Counted from the first letter of the stretch, positions 9,929 through 20,538 are shown. The stretch is DNA of 64,000 nucleotides from Candidatus Bathyarchaeota archaeon (GCA_018396695.1 JAGTQU010000004.1:12357-76356); one strand, 5' to 3'. The notes: a model not told the origin generated them from the letters alone. Numbers and translations: made by a program.

Positions 9929-12229
9929 TTGACACCCCTAGAAGTCATTCTCGAGGCTCCAGGAGCATGGTTCAGCTGGATTATACCAATCATCGGTGCA
10001 CTGCTCATGCCTCTTTTAGGACGGATAAGTAACAGGGTTCGAGACTATGCTGCTGTTTTATTCGCCCTTGGAGCAGTAGTTTCAACAGCTACCCTGATCC
10101 CCAACCTCTTCTCAGGAGAGTATCCAGGTGATATTAAGATAGCGACTTGGATTGAGCTCCCTGGAGGGCATCCTATAGAAGTGGGCGTTCTAGTCGATCC
10201 TCTAAGCATATTAATATGCAATGTTGTAGCCTTCATTGCATTTTTGATCGTGGTTTACTCTATAGGCTACATGCATGGAGACCCCAATCTTACAAGATAC
10301 TGGTTCTTCTTCCTATTCTTTATAGGGAATATGCTTCTCCTAGTTCTATCCGACAACCTCCTTCAACTTCTTGTAGGCTGGGAAGGGGTGGGATTATGCA
10401 GCTATGGTCTTATAGGATATTACTACAGGGATGAGAAAGAGAGATGGCTCGGAGGGCCTCCGCCAACGAAGATGTACCCTCCCTCCCATGCTGGCATGAA
10501 AGCCTTCGTTGTGACGGGGATAGGCGACGTATTCCTCCTAGCTGCCATATTCATAATCTTCAACTATGCTGGAACCTTGAATTTTGTTGAGCTCATAGAG
10601 AAGGCGCCAGAATGGGTTGGGGCTATCTCAGCTATCCCAGGACTCTTATCAATGACGGCGATCTTTTTCCTAGGCGGTCCGATAGGTAAATCCGCTCAAT
10701 TTCCGCTCCATGAATGGTTACCTGAAGCCATGGCTGGCCCAACCTCAGTTTCTGCCTTGATACATGCTGCAACGATGGTTAAGGCAGGAGTCTATCTAGT
10801 TGCTAGAATATCCCCAATATTCTACATTGGAGCCTATAGTCTTCATATCGAGGAGGCAACAGTCTACTTCATAGCCATCGCAAGCATAGGGGCTTTCACA
10901 TCTTTTCTAGCAGCCTCACAGGCTATGGTCGCCTTGGAGCTCAAGAAGGTCTTGGCCTACTCAACCGTCAGCCAAATAGGCTACATGATGCTTGGCTTAG
11001 GCGTGTCAGGGCTCAGCGAAGGAGCTTACGTAGCCGGTCTCACTGGAGGAGTATTCCACCTGGTCAGCCACGCCCTGTTCAAGGCCGCCCTTTTCCTCTG
11101 CGCTGGCTCAGTCATACACACCGTTGAGACTATCTACATGTCGAATATGGGCGGACTGAAGAGGTACATGCCTATAACCCACATCTTAATGCTATTGGCG
11201 ACGCTCTCGCTAGCGGGCATCCCACCCCTGAGCGGCTTCTGGAGCAAGGACTCCATCTTCTTGGCATCCCTAACTGCAGGGACACCGTTGGCTCTAACGC
11301 TCCTCGCAGTGGCAGTCATAACAGCCGCTATGACCTTGTTTTACAGCATACGTTACATTAGCATGACCTTCTATGGGCCTTCGAGTAAATTCATCCAGAA
11401 TCTAGAACATGGAGGGCACGAAGAAAAAGAGCCTGGTGAGAGAAGCATCACTGGTCAGCACGGGCCCTCAACCTCAGGAGGTGATCATGGAGGATCTTTA
11501 ATAAAAAAGGAAATACAAGATGCTGAAAGTGTAGAACACCATGCACATCCAGTTCACCATATCCACGAAGCCAGTCCCGTTATGTGGGTTCCCTACGCGA
11601 TATTAGTCATTCTAGTGTTGGCTGTGGGCATCCTAGGGCTTGTAGGATTGTTCGCTCCTCGCTTCTCTCCCGAGATGTTTATCGAGAAGCAGTTTGAGAT
11701 GATGCTTGAGCATATGGAGATCCCAGTCCATATGGAGCATGTCGAGGTCTCAACTAAAATTATGGCTGTTAGCCTCTCTGCGGCCGCGTTGCTCATGGGC
11801 GGCATCTTCGGCTGGGTTTTCTACATAGCGCGAAAGATTGACTCCTGGTTATTCGTATCCAGGTCTCCTATCTTGAAAGGCGTTCACACTTTCTTATGGA
11901 ACAGGTGGTACATGAACCCCTCATACTACCGAGTGTTTGTGGATGGGTTGCTCTGGATGAAACAGCTGCTGTTTAATTGGGTTGAGACGAAGGTTATTGA
12001 TAGGATTAGCGGAGCGGTGGCAAGCGCCTTCGAAGCCGCGAGCAATCTACTATACGGAGTATTTGAAATACATGGCATGGAAAGCATCATTAATCAAGGT
12101 GTCCCCTCTGCGGTCACTGCCATTTATCATAAGGTTAAAAGAGTTCAGACAGGTTTGCTATCTTACAACATCGTTTATCTGGTCATACTCATGATCATAC
12201 TCCTGATTGGAATGTTATGGATGATGTGA
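9929..12229 (+). CDS. nuoL: NuoL/MrpA-like antiporter subunit with extended lateral helix
   Basis: GWEGVGLCSY, GKSAQFPLHEWLPEAMAGPTSVSALIHAATMV, HALFKA, GFWSKD and C-terminal QTG-TM16. Confidence 0.93.
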   Translation: MTPLEVILEAPGAWFSWIIPIIGALLMPLLGRISNRVRDYAAVLFALGAVVSTATLIPNLFSGEYPGDIKIATWIELPGGHPIEVGVLVDPLSILICNVVAFIAFLIVVYSIGYMHGDPNLTRYWFFFLFFIGNMLLLVLSDNLLQLLVGWEGVGLCSYGLIGYYYRDEKERWLGGPPPTKMYPPSHAGMKAFVVTGIGDVFLLAAIFIIFNYAGTLNFVELIEKAPEWVGAISAIPGLLSMTAIFFLGGPIGKSAQFPLHEWLPEAMAGPTSVSALIHAATMVKAGVYLVARISPIFYIGAYSLHIEEATVYFIAIASIGAFTSFLAASQAMVALELKKVLAYSTVSQIGYMMLGLGVSGLSEGAYVAGLTGGVFHLVSHALFKAALFLCAGSVIHTVETIYMSNMGGLKRYMPITHILMLLATLSLAGIPPLSGFWSKDSIFLASLTAGTPLALTLLAVAVITAAMTLFYSIRYISMTFYGPSSKFIQNLEHGGHEEKEPGERSITGQHGPSTSGGDHGGSLIKKEIQDAESVEHHAHPVHHIHEASPVMWVPYAILVILVLAVGILGLVGLFAPRFSPEMFIEKQFEMMLEHMEIPVHMEHVEVSTKIMAVSLSAAALLMGGIFGWVFYIARKIDSWLFVSRSPILKGVHTFLWNRWYMNPSYYRVFVDGLLWMKQLLFNWVETKVIDRISGAVASAFEAASNLLYGVFEIHGMESIINQGVPSAVTAIYHKVKRVQTGLLSYNIVYLVILMIILLIGMLWMM

Positions 12230-12235
12230 TGAAAT

Positions 12236-13717
12236 ATGTACGGACTAACTTGGTTAGCTCTCTTGGCTCCGGCCATATCAATGCCTATTGTCTACACCCT
12301 CGGACGTAAGCTTGGGAAAAACGTGGGATGGGTGGCGCTCATTCCCCTTTCCCTAAGTTCCCTCTTCTTCATTTACCTGATACCGGGTATTAGTAATACC
12401 TTTCTTGAGGAGTATATCGAGTGGCTGCCGGAGATCAGGTTCGGGCTTTTAGTAGATAGCCTCAGCCTACCTATCGTACTAACAGTAGCCCTCCTCTCCA
12501 CGATAATAGTCGTCTACTCCATTCCTTACATGGAGCACTCGATCCATGAACAGTATCATGGCGAGAACAAGAAAGCGCATGCAACATACTACGCTCTTTA
12601 CCTCGCTTACGCTACCAGTATGATGGGTGTTGTACTCTCGACAAATCTTTTCCAATTCTATCTCTTTTTCGAGCTTATGATAGTCCCCTCTTGGGCCATG
12701 ATAAACATATACGGGACGGGAGAGCGGGAGAAGATAGCTCTAATGTACCTGCTCTGGTCGATAGTTGGTGCCGTGCTCTTTGTCACGGGAGTTTTTACAG
12801 CTTACGCGACGGTGCACAGCTTTGAGATCTCGGATCTCGTCAAGCTTCAGGGAACACCAACAGCTGGCTTTATAGTTGTTATGATGCTCCTTGGCTTCTC
12901 CGTCAAACTGGCGACCTTTGGTCTACACATATGGTTGCCCTACGCTCACGCCGAGGCCCCCACGCCTATAAGTGCCCTCCTTAGCCCCGCGATGATAGGT
13001 CTGGCAGCCTACGGGATAGTTCGGTTTCTCGTCCCCATCCGCGGTGTCCTAGAAAGCGCAACGGTCTTGACCATGTCTTGGGGGCTAGTGACTATGCTCT
13101 ATGGCGGACTGATGGTGATGGCGCAGAATGATATTAAGCGTATGCTCGCGTATTCCAGCATTAGCCAGATGGGATACATATTCATTGGCATCGCGAGCGT
13201 CACCCCGCTAGGAGTTGCAGGGTCAATGCTCCACTACATTAGCCACGGGCTAGGGAAGGCTGTTCTATTCCTTACAGCTGGTACTATAATGCATCAAAGT
13301 GGTCACAGAGATATAAGCTCCATGGGTGGTCTTGCTGCCAAGATGCCGATATCAGCGATAGCTTTTCTAATAGGTGCCATGAACATATCCGGTATTCCCC
13401 CTACCATTGGATTTGTATCCAAGTTTTTCATCTACACCGGGGCATTTAGCCGAGGCCTACTTTCACCATCCATTGAGCTAGTGATAGCTATGGTAGCCAT
13501 CGTTTCGACAGCCCTCACAGTAGGATATACCATGTGGAACATGCGACGCATCTTCTATGGTCCCTTTCCTGAGCACTTGAAGGGGGTGAAAGAGGCCCCT
13601 GCGCTGATGACAGTACCAATGATGATCCTCTGTTTCCTCTCGATCTTACTAGGAATTTACCCTGGGCAGGTTCTAGACCCTTTAATAGAGGCGGTTAAGC
13701 AAATGATCAGTATTTAA
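12236..13717 (+). CDS. nuoM: NuoM-like antiporter subunit (copy 1)
   Basis: FYLFFEL, VKLATFGLHIWLPYAHAEAPTP and KRMLAYSSISQMGY motifs. Confidence 0.88.
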   Translation: MYGLTWLALLAPAISMPIVYTLGRKLGKNVGWVALIPLSLSSLFFIYLIPGISNTFLEEYIEWLPEIRFGLLVDSLSLPIVLTVALLSTIIVVYSIPYMEHSIHEQYHGENKKAHATYYALYLAYATSMMGVVLSTNLFQFYLFFELMIVPSWAMINIYGTGEREKIALMYLLWSIVGAVLFVTGVFTAYATVHSFEISDLVKLQGTPTAGFIVVMMLLGFSVKLATFGLHIWLPYAHAEAPTPISALLSPAMIGLAAYGIVRFLVPIRGVLESATVLTMSWGLVTMLYGGLMVMAQNDIKRMLAYSSISQMGYIFIGIASVTPLGVAGSMLHYISHGLGKAVLFLTAGTIMHQSGHRDISSMGGLAAKMPISAIAFLIGAMNISGIPPTIGFVSKFFIYTGAFSRGLLSPSIELVIAMVAIVSTALTVGYTMWNMRRIFYGPFPEHLKGVKEAPALMTVPMMILCFLSILLGIYPGQVLDPLIEAVKQMISI

Positions 13718-13718
13718 C

Positions 13719-15224
13719 ATGGTGAAAAATATGACCGGTAATATTCTGCTCTTGATGATCATGGTAACGATGGGGTCTTCCCCCATAATATACCTTTTAG
13801 GCAGAAGGATCGGAAAGATGGTCGGATGGCTATCAGTGGCGATCTTGATGTCCGTGACCGTTATATCCATCTTCTTAATGCCCATGGTGATGGAGCAAAG
13901 GATTATCGAAGAATACATGTGGACACTCCCCCCTGTAGAGTTCAAGTTCGGCCTTCTAGGTGACGGGTTGAGCCTCCCTATGCTCTTCACTTTGATATTT
14001 GTATTCTCCTTCGCCGCTGTTTACTCACTTACGTATATGGAACGGAGGATGAGAGAAAAGGACATCGAGGAAAGTAATGGGAAGTACGCCATGTTTTACA
14101 CCTTCTTCGTTCTCTATTCGGGTAGCGTAGCAGGTGCCATACTATCCACAAACATGATCCAGTACTACCTGTTCTTCGAGCTGTCCCTTGTATTCTCATG
14201 GCTACTTGTTCTGATATTTGGATATGGGAATCGTGAGAGGACATCCCTTTTGTACTTCCTGTGGACTCATGTCGGCGGGGGGTTCCTGCTGATAGGGATC
14301 CTAAGCTCCTTTTGGTCTATAGGAAGCTTCGAGATCGCTGACTTATCGAAGATAACAAACAGTTCCACAGGGTTCTGGATAGGCATAGCCATCACCCTTG
14401 GCCTCCTCGTTAAGATAGGAGGCCTCGGTTTTCATGGCTGGCTTCCAGACACATATTCCGAATCGCCAGCCCCCGTGAGTGCAGTGCTGGGGGCGACCTC
14501 GGTTCTACTCGTTACCTACTCGCTAGCTAGATTGGTCCTCCCCTTTAAGGAAGTATTGTATGGAGTTAGCTGCTGGCTTGAGCTCTGGGCGCTCCTCACA
14601 ATCCTATACGCTGGAATTATGGCGCTTGTTCAGCGAGATACGAAGCGCCTTGTCGCCTATCTTAGTATGAGCCAGATGAATTACTGTGTTCTTGGAGTCT
14701 TCACCTACGTCGAATATGGCGTTCTAGGTGCGCTCTCGTATAGCATAAGTCACGGGCTTGCAATAGCCCTCCTGTTTCTCGTAGCTGGTGCAATTCTCTA
14801 CGGAACTGGAACAAGGGACATGGGCAAGCTGGGAGGATTAGCTGAAAAGATGCCTGCTGCGATAATTGCAAGTTTGGTGGGCTTCCTAACTATAGGAGGC
14901 GTACCGCCTGCCGTCGGATTCAAGTCCAAATTCATCCTTCTCACAGGTGCCTTCTTGAGGGGTTTTCAAAACTTTGGCCTCGAGCTAATAATAGCTATTA
15001 TAGCCGGGACCCTTGCAACCGTAATAACTCTGGCCTATGAGTTTCGAGCAATATGGCGAGTCTACTACGGTAAACTACCCTCGGACATTCAGAAGATAAA
15101 AAATATTCCAGCCACTATAGCGATATCTCTTTTAATGCTGAGCGCCTTGTCGATAATATTCGGAATTTGGCCCGCTCTAATAACCAATCCACTAGAAGAG
15201 TTCATTAGACACGTATTTCATTAA
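13719..15224 (+). CDS. nuoM: NuoM-like antiporter subunit (copy 2)
   Basis: YYLFFEL, VKIGGLGFHGWLPD and KRLVAYLSMSQMNY motifs; paralog of the upstream copy. Confidence 0.85.
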   Translation: MVKNMTGNILLLMIMVTMGSSPIIYLLGRRIGKMVGWLSVAILMSVTVISIFLMPMVMEQRIIEEYMWTLPPVEFKFGLLGDGLSLPMLFTLIFVFSFAAVYSLTYMERRMREKDIEESNGKYAMFYTFFVLYSGSVAGAILSTNMIQYYLFFELSLVFSWLLVLIFGYGNRERTSLLYFLWTHVGGGFLLIGILSSFWSIGSFEIADLSKITNSSTGFWIGIAITLGLLVKIGGLGFHGWLPDTYSESPAPVSAVLGATSVLLVTYSLARLVLPFKEVLYGVSCWLELWALLTILYAGIMALVQRDTKRLVAYLSMSQMNYCVLGVFTYVEYGVLGALSYSISHGLAIALLFLVAGAILYGTGTRDMGKLGGLAEKMPAAIIASLVGFLTIGGVPPAVGFKSKFILLTGAFLRGFQNFGLELIIAIIAGTLATVITLAYEFRAIWRVYYGKLPSDIQKIKNIPATIAISLLMLSALSIIFGIWPALITNPLEEFIRHVFH

Positions 15225-15454
15225 AAATATGTTTGGATAATGATTAGAACTCTTCAGGGGGACGCTAAATTTCCAAGATTGTAAAGGTTAAGAGTATATA
15301 CAATGCTTATCAGATACTCATGGCCATTTAAAACCTTTCGCACTTCCACTATCAAGGCATATGTAGTAGACATAGAATATAGAGAGTTGATATTAGTTCC
15401 TTCATTGTAAATCTACACAAGTTTTTTAAAATCGAGGATATGAAGTTTTAGGAA

Positions 15455-15772
15455 ATGAGTATTGCAGTTATAGGTTCGCCACCATTTGTATCATGTTTCG
15501 AGATGATCGGAGCTGTTAGCTTCGAAGCCAACGGCTCGGAAGCTGTCACTAGAACCCTAAAACGTTTAATCGAGGAAGAAAACTTTAAGCTCATCATTAT
15601 TCCAGAGAGGTTTGCTAAGGAGACCCTGCCCTTGAGGGAGCAGGTGATGAGGAAGGGAGATATAACCCCTGTATTCACATTAATCCCTGATCTCACGATG
15701 GAGACTGGGATGCGGATAGAGGAGCTCCAAGAGATCGTTTCTCTTGCGATTGGAGCAAAATTAGAGTTGTGA
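15455..15772 (+). CDS. atpF: A/V-type ATP synthase subunit F
   Basis: IAVIG...GFxxIG-like N-terminus, about 105 aa, first gene of the operon. Confidence 0.8.
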   Translation: MSIAVIGSPPFVSCFEMIGAVSFEANGSEAVTRTLKRLIEEENFKLIIIPERFAKETLPLREQVMRKGDITPVFTLIPDLTMETGMRIEELQEIVSLAIGAKLEL

Positions 15773-15782
15773 AGGATGAGAT

Positions 15783-16109
15783 ATGGAGAGAGTGTTATCT
15801 ATCGGGGAACGGCTTCAGAGGCTACTTGAAGAAGCGGAAACGGAGTCGAAGAGGAAGATCGCTGAAGCTAGAAGAAAAGCAGACGAGATGGTCGCCAGAG
15901 CTAGGGATGATGCAGAGAACAGGCGGATCATGGCTCAAAGAGGAGATGGAATCGAGGATCTCATTAAAACTGAAGAGTATAAGGCTAAACAAGAGGCGGC
16001 TAGGATCCTTGAGAAATACAAAGAGAGGGCGGAGGCTGTAAAGAATGTTCCAAGAGAAAAAATTGAGGAGGCGATCAGCTTCGTACTAAGTGAGGTGCTT
16101 CCGAAATGA
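15783..16109 (+). CDS. atpH: A/V-type ATP synthase subunit H/G (peripheral stalk)
   Basis: Charged coiled coil EAETESKRKIAEARRKADEMVARA; operon position. Confidence 0.72.
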   Translation: MERVLSIGERLQRLLEEAETESKRKIAEARRKADEMVARARDDAENRRIMAQRGDGIEDLIKTEEYKAKQEAARILEKYKERAEAVKNVPREKIEEAISFVLSEVLPK

Positions 16110-16750
16110 GTTCCCCCTCTATAGAGTTAGAAGCTCAGCTCATAGAGAGAACTGTGGCGAAGAGGAATGAAACCTTATTGAGTGCGGAAGAGACTGCCAA
16201 GAAGATCTTGCAAGCTGCTGAAAGAGAGCGCGAGAGGATTAAAGCGGAATCAGAGAAACAGATTCTCAGCATTGTCTCATCCGAACTTCGAGCCGTTAGA
16301 GACAGGATTATTGGTAAAGCGAATCTTGAAGGAAGAAGAACCCTGATGAGTGCTAGAGAAGAAGTCCTCTCAGCCTTATACGATGAGGCGATGTTTCGCC
16401 TAGAGGCTATAGCTGAAGGACGAGATACGAAAATAAGATATGGAGAGGTCCTGAAGAAGCTGCTTATCGAAGCCATCTCAGCTATAGGCGGAGAAGAATT
16501 CATTGTATCTGTAAATAAAAGAGACTATGCTTTCCTAAAGGAGAACTTGGCTGATATCAAGGAAGAGATGAAAGAATACGTAGGGGATGTAATCATCAGG
16601 CTTGACGCTAAAACCATCGACGCTATCGGAGGCGTAATCATACGAAACCCTGAAGAGACAAAAATATATTACAACACCCTTGACGCTAGGCTTTTGAAAG
16701 CTAGGAGAAAGACCGAGTCCGAAGTCGCTAAAATTTTGGGAGTGATTTAA
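16106..16750 (+). CDS. atpE: A/V-type ATP synthase subunit E
   Basis: N-terminal coiled coil plus DAIGGVII...YNTLDARL C-terminal domain. Confidence 0.88.
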   Translation: MSSPSIELEAQLIERTVAKRNETLLSAEETAKKILQAAERERERIKAESEKQILSIVSSELRAVRDRIIGKANLEGRRTLMSAREEVLSALYDEAMFRLEAIAEGRDTKIRYGEVLKKLLIEAISAIGGEEFIVSVNKRDYAFLKENLADIKEEMKEYVGDVIIRLDAKTIDAIGGVIIRNPEETKIYYNTLDARLLKARRKTESEVAKILGVI

Positions 16751-16752
16751 AG

Positions 16753-18519
16753 ATGTCGCTGAAAGGATCAATAGATAGAATCAACGGGTCCCTCGTCGTT
16801 GCTAAATTCGAAGCAGAGCCGAAGATCGGGGACCTCGTTGAGATCGGTAGCCTTAGACTTATGGGGGAGATAGTTCGCTTAAGCGAAGATAAAGCGTATA
16901 TTCAATGCTACGAAGCTACGAGCAGCCTGAAGCCAGGTGAGCCTGTCTTAGATTCGGGGAAGCCGCTAGTCGCTGAGCTAGGTCCTGGAGTAATGGGTAC
17001 TATAGTCGACGGCATCGAACGTTCAGAATCGAAGCTATGGGAGTTGACAGGCCCCTTCGTTTCAAGAGGCACGAATATCGTTCCACTCGACAGGACAAAA
17101 AAATGGGCGTTTGAGCCTAAGGTCATGGTAGGGGGCAAGGTGCGTGGAGGAGACATCATAGGCGTCGTCCAAGAGACAGAGTCTTTCCAGCATAGGGTTC
17201 TAGTGCCCCCTGAACTTGAGGGTACTATAACTTCTATTGAAAAGGGAGACTTCACAGTTGAAGATGTTGTCGGCACCGTTGAGACTAGAACAGGATCCAT
17301 AGGCCTCCGAATGATGCAGACTTGGCCCGTGAGGCGTCCTAGACCTGTTAAGGAGAGGCTTCCATTAATGATGCCTCTGATGACTGGGCAGAGAGTCATA
17401 GACACGTTCTTCCCTGTTGCGAAAGGAGGGGCAGCCTGCATTCCAGGAGGCTTCGGCACTGGAAAAACCGTGATGCTGCAGCAGGTTAGCAAATGGGCCG
17501 ATGCTGACATAATAATCCTCATAGGATGCGGAGAAAGGGGTAACGAGATGGCTGATGTTGTCGCGCATTTCCCTGAGATATCTGATCCTAGGAGTGGACG
17601 CCTCTTGATAGAGAGGACAATTATTGTCGCTAACGTAAGTAATATGCCTGTCTCAGCTAGGGAGGCGAGCATCTACATGGGGATCACTCTTGGAGAATAT
17701 TACCGCGACATGGGATACGATGTTGCCGTGATGGCTGACTCGACATCGAGATGGGCTGAAGCCCTCAGAGACATGTCTGGTCGCCTTGAGGAGATCCCAG
17801 CTGAAAGCGGCTATCCTGCCTACCTTGCAGATAGGATTGCGGAGATCTATGAGCGGGCGGGTAGGGTTGTAACTCTCGGATCAGATCAACGTATCGGAAG
17901 TCTAACCCTTCTTGGAGCCGTTTCTCCTCCCGGCGGAGACTTCAGTGAGCCTGTTACGACGCACACTCTGAGGTTCGTCGGAACCTTCTGGGCTCTTGAC
18001 AGCGAGCTGGCTTTCAGGAGGCACTTTCCGGCAATAAACTGGCTCAGAAGCTTCACCCGGTATATGACTGTCGCATCGAAATGGTGGTCGAAGTATGAAC
18101 GTAACTGGGAGCAGATTAGGGCTAAAGCACTTGAGCTTTTGGAGGAAGCTGCCGAGATAGAGGAGACTGCCAGAATCATAGGAGAGAAGGCTATGCCTGA
18201 TGAGCAGAGGCTCATCCTGCTTCTGGCGGAGCTTTTGAGGGAAGGCTTCCTAGTTCAGAGCGCATTCCACGAGGTTGACAGGTACTGTGAGGCTGAGAAG
18301 CAGGCTGCCCTCCTCAAAGTCATCATCGACTTCTATAACCTCGCTGAGCCTATAATAAGGCAAGGGATACCTATTGAGAAGATTAGAGAGCTTGGCATAG
18401 TCTCAGAGCTTATGAGGCTTAAGGAGAGGAAAGGTTTGCAACCTATTGATGCGGCTAGAATAGAGATGAGGAAGCAGATTAGTCAACTCGCAGAGACTTA
18501 CGAGGTGAAGGTTAGATGA
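16753..18519 (+). CDS. atpA: A/V-type ATP synthase catalytic subunit A
   Basis: P-loop [16 protein letters not shown] and [11 protein letters not shown]; no intein. Confidence 0.97.
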   Translation: MSLKGSIDRINGSLVVAKFEAEPKIGDLVEIGSLRLMGEIVRLSEDKAYIQCYEATSSLKPGEPVLDSGKPLVAELGPGVMGTIVDGIERSESKLWELTGPFVSRGTNIVPLDRTKKWAFEPKVMVGGKVRGGDIIGVVQETESFQHRVLVPPELEGTITSIEKGDFTVEDVVGTVETRTGSIGLRMMQTWPVRRPRPVKERLPLMMPLMTGQRVIDTFFPVAKGGAACIPGGFGTGKTVMLQQVSKWADADIIILIGCGERGNEMADVVAHFPEISDPRSGRLLIERTIIVANVSNMPVSAREASIYMGITLGEYYRDMGYDVAVMADSTSRWAEALRDMSGRLEEIPAESGYPAYLADRIAEIYERAGRVVTLGSDQRIGSLTLLGAVSPPGGDFSEPVTTHTLRFVGTFWALDSELAFRRHFPAINWLRSFTRYMTVASKWWSKYERNWEQIRAKALELLEEAAEIEETARIIGEKAMPDEQRLILLLAELLREGFLVQSAFHEVDRYCEAEKQAALLKVIIDFYNLAEPIIRQGIPIEKIRELGIVSELMRLKERKGLQPIDAARIEMRKQISQLAETYEVKVR

Positions 18520-19913
18520 CGATTGAAGAAGCAGGGGTAGTCTATAAGACGACTACCGAGATTAGAGGACCAATCCTATTTATAGAGAACATAAAAGATG
18601 TTGCCTACGACGAAGTCGTAAGGATAACTACCCCTACAGGTTATGAAATATCCGGCTCGGTACTAGATGTCTCTAAGGATTACGCTATGGTCCAGGTTTT
18701 TGGTGAAACTAGTGGCATGGATCTTAATGTTAGCGTTCGTTTCACAGGCGAGACTTTGAGGATTCCAGTATCAGATGAGTTGATAGGCCGGGTGTTCAGC
18801 GGCAGCCTTGCCCCTCTGGATGGGCTTCCACGCCCTCTAAGCACCGATCAGAGGGATGTTAACGGGGGGACTATTAATCCAGCTGCTAGGGATGTTCCAA
18901 GCGAGTTCATCCAGACGGGATTGTCGGCAATCGACGGTATGAATAGCCTTGTGAGGGGTCAGAAACTCCCGATCTTCAGCGAGTCGGGTCTGCCGCACAA
19001 CCAAGTCGCCGCTCAGATAGCCAGACAGGCGACAATCCCAGGAAAGGAAGAGGAGTTCGCCCTAGTCTTCGCTGCAATGGGGATAAAAAACGAGGAGGCT
19101 GAATTCTTCAAAGAGGAGTTCGAGAAGACAGGTGCAATCAGCAAGTCTGTTATGATACTTAACCTAGCTGACGATCCTCCGATAGAGCGCATAGTCACTC
19201 CTCGGATAGCCCAGACGATAGCAGAGTATTTGGCTTTCGACCTGGATATGCACGTCCTCACGATTATGACAGACATGACAAACTATGCTGAGGCTTTACG
19301 AAGCATTTCCATAGCCCGCGAGGAGATACCTACGAGGAAGGGTTACCCGGGATACCTATATAGTGACTTAGCCACAATCTACGAACGGGCTGGAAGAATA
19401 AAGGGTAAAAAAGGCTCAGTCACTCTAATGCCTATTCTTTCGATGCCTGGAGGAGACATCACGCATCCAGTACCAGATCTCACAGGATACATAACTGAGG
19501 GTCAGCTCATCTTACAAAGGGAGCTTGCTCTCAGAGGCATCTATCCTCCGATGAATGTTCTGCCGAGCCTCTCTAGGCTTATGAAGGACGGCATAGGGGA
19601 GAAGACTACTAGAAAGGATCATAGCGACGTCTCGAACCAGCTATACATGGCTTATGCTGAGGGTACGCGAGCCAGAGGACTTGTACGGATTGTAGGTGTT
19701 GTCGGTCTAAGTGAGAGGGAGAGGACTTGGCTCGAGTTCGCAGACCAGTTTGAGCAGAAGTTTGTGAACCAGGGGGTTTACGAAAACAGGACAATTGAGC
19801 AGACTCTGGATATTGCGTGGGATCTCCTAGCTATGCTTCCTGAGGAGGATCTTATCAGGGTTAGAGAAGCCTACATCAAAGAGTTTCATCCAAAGTATAG
19901 ACGAGCAGGATAA
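18516..19913 (+). CDS. atpB: A/V-type ATP synthase subunit B
   Basis: [20 protein letters not shown] and [14 protein letters not shown] motifs. Confidence 0.97.
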   Translation: MTIEEAGVVYKTTTEIRGPILFIENIKDVAYDEVVRITTPTGYEISGSVLDVSKDYAMVQVFGETSGMDLNVSVRFTGETLRIPVSDELIGRVFSGSLAPLDGLPRPLSTDQRDVNGGTINPAARDVPSEFIQTGLSAIDGMNSLVRGQKLPIFSESGLPHNQVAAQIARQATIPGKEEEFALVFAAMGIKNEEAEFFKEEFEKTGAISKSVMILNLADDPPIERIVTPRIAQTIAEYLAFDLDMHVLTIMTDMTNYAEALRSISIAREEIPTRKGYPGYLYSDLATIYERAGRIKGKKGSVTLMPILSMPGGDITHPVPDLTGYITEGQLILQRELALRGIYPPMNVLPSLSRLMKDGIGEKTTRKDHSDVSNQLYMAYAEGTRARGLVRIVGVVGLSERERTWLEFADQFEQKFVNQGVYENRTIEQTLDIAWDLLAMLPEEDLIRVREAYIKEFHPKYRRAG

Positions 19914-19915
19914 AA

Positions 19916-20536
19916 TTGTCCTCTATGAGCGGTGTCAGACCCACAAAGGGCTACCTCATGGATCTCAAGCGGAGGATAAGCTTCATAGAGAGGGGTACCG
20001 AGTTTCTCAAGCTCAAAAGGGATCATCTAGCTAAGGAGCTGAGCACCTCGCTTGAAGTTTTGAGAGGGAGGCGTAAGTTGCTTTTACAGAATCTGAGGGA
20101 TGCCTATGGGGCGTTGACGGCAGCATATCTCTCTCTAGGACCAACCGAGGTTAAGAGCCAGGTGAGAGCTGTTAAAAAAAGGCTTGAACTTGAGGTTCTG
20201 CCAAGGAGTGTCATGGGTGTTAGATATCCTTATGTCAAGTTTCTGTCTAAACCTCAAGTCGGCGCTGAGCTTGATGTAACGTTGAGCCATGCGGCAAAGA
20301 AGGTTCAAGAGATCCTTGAGGAGCTGATCCAGACTGCAGAGTTTGAGGCTAGAGTGGAAAGGATTGCTGATGAGCTTGGGAAGACTAATCGAAAAGTAAA
20401 CGCGCTTGAGAACACAATCATTCCAAGCTATAAGCAAGTCATAAAATTCATTGAAGATAAGCTTGATGAGGAGAGCCTTGAGGAGCTCGTGAGGGTGAAA
20501 CTCATAGGAGGTGCGTTGGCACGGCGGCGAGCGTAA
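19916..20536 (+). CDS. atpD: A/V-type ATP synthase subunit D
   Basis: RPTKGYL...LKLKRD and KTNRKVNALE motifs. Confidence 0.93.
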   Translation: MSSMSGVRPTKGYLMDLKRRISFIERGTEFLKLKRDHLAKELSTSLEVLRGRRKLLLQNLRDAYGALTAAYLSLGPTEVKSQVRAVKKRLELEVLPRSVMGVRYPYVKFLSKPQVGAELDVTLSHAAKKVQEILEELIQTAEFEARVERIADELGKTNRKVNALENTIIPSYKQVIKFIEDKLDEESLEELVRVKLIGGALARRRA

Positions 20537-20538
20537 GA

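Noticed and set aside
16908-17672. Long antisense ORFs in the track (e.g. 1768-2199, 16908-17672, 57508-57981, 59062-59694, 39956-40396)
   Set aside because: They lie opposite well-supported conserved genes, have Ser/Pro/Ile-skewed shadow composition and show no motifs.
16753-18519. Inteins in AtpA, PolB1 or NrdD
   Set aside because: Protein lengths are normal and conserved motifs are contiguous.
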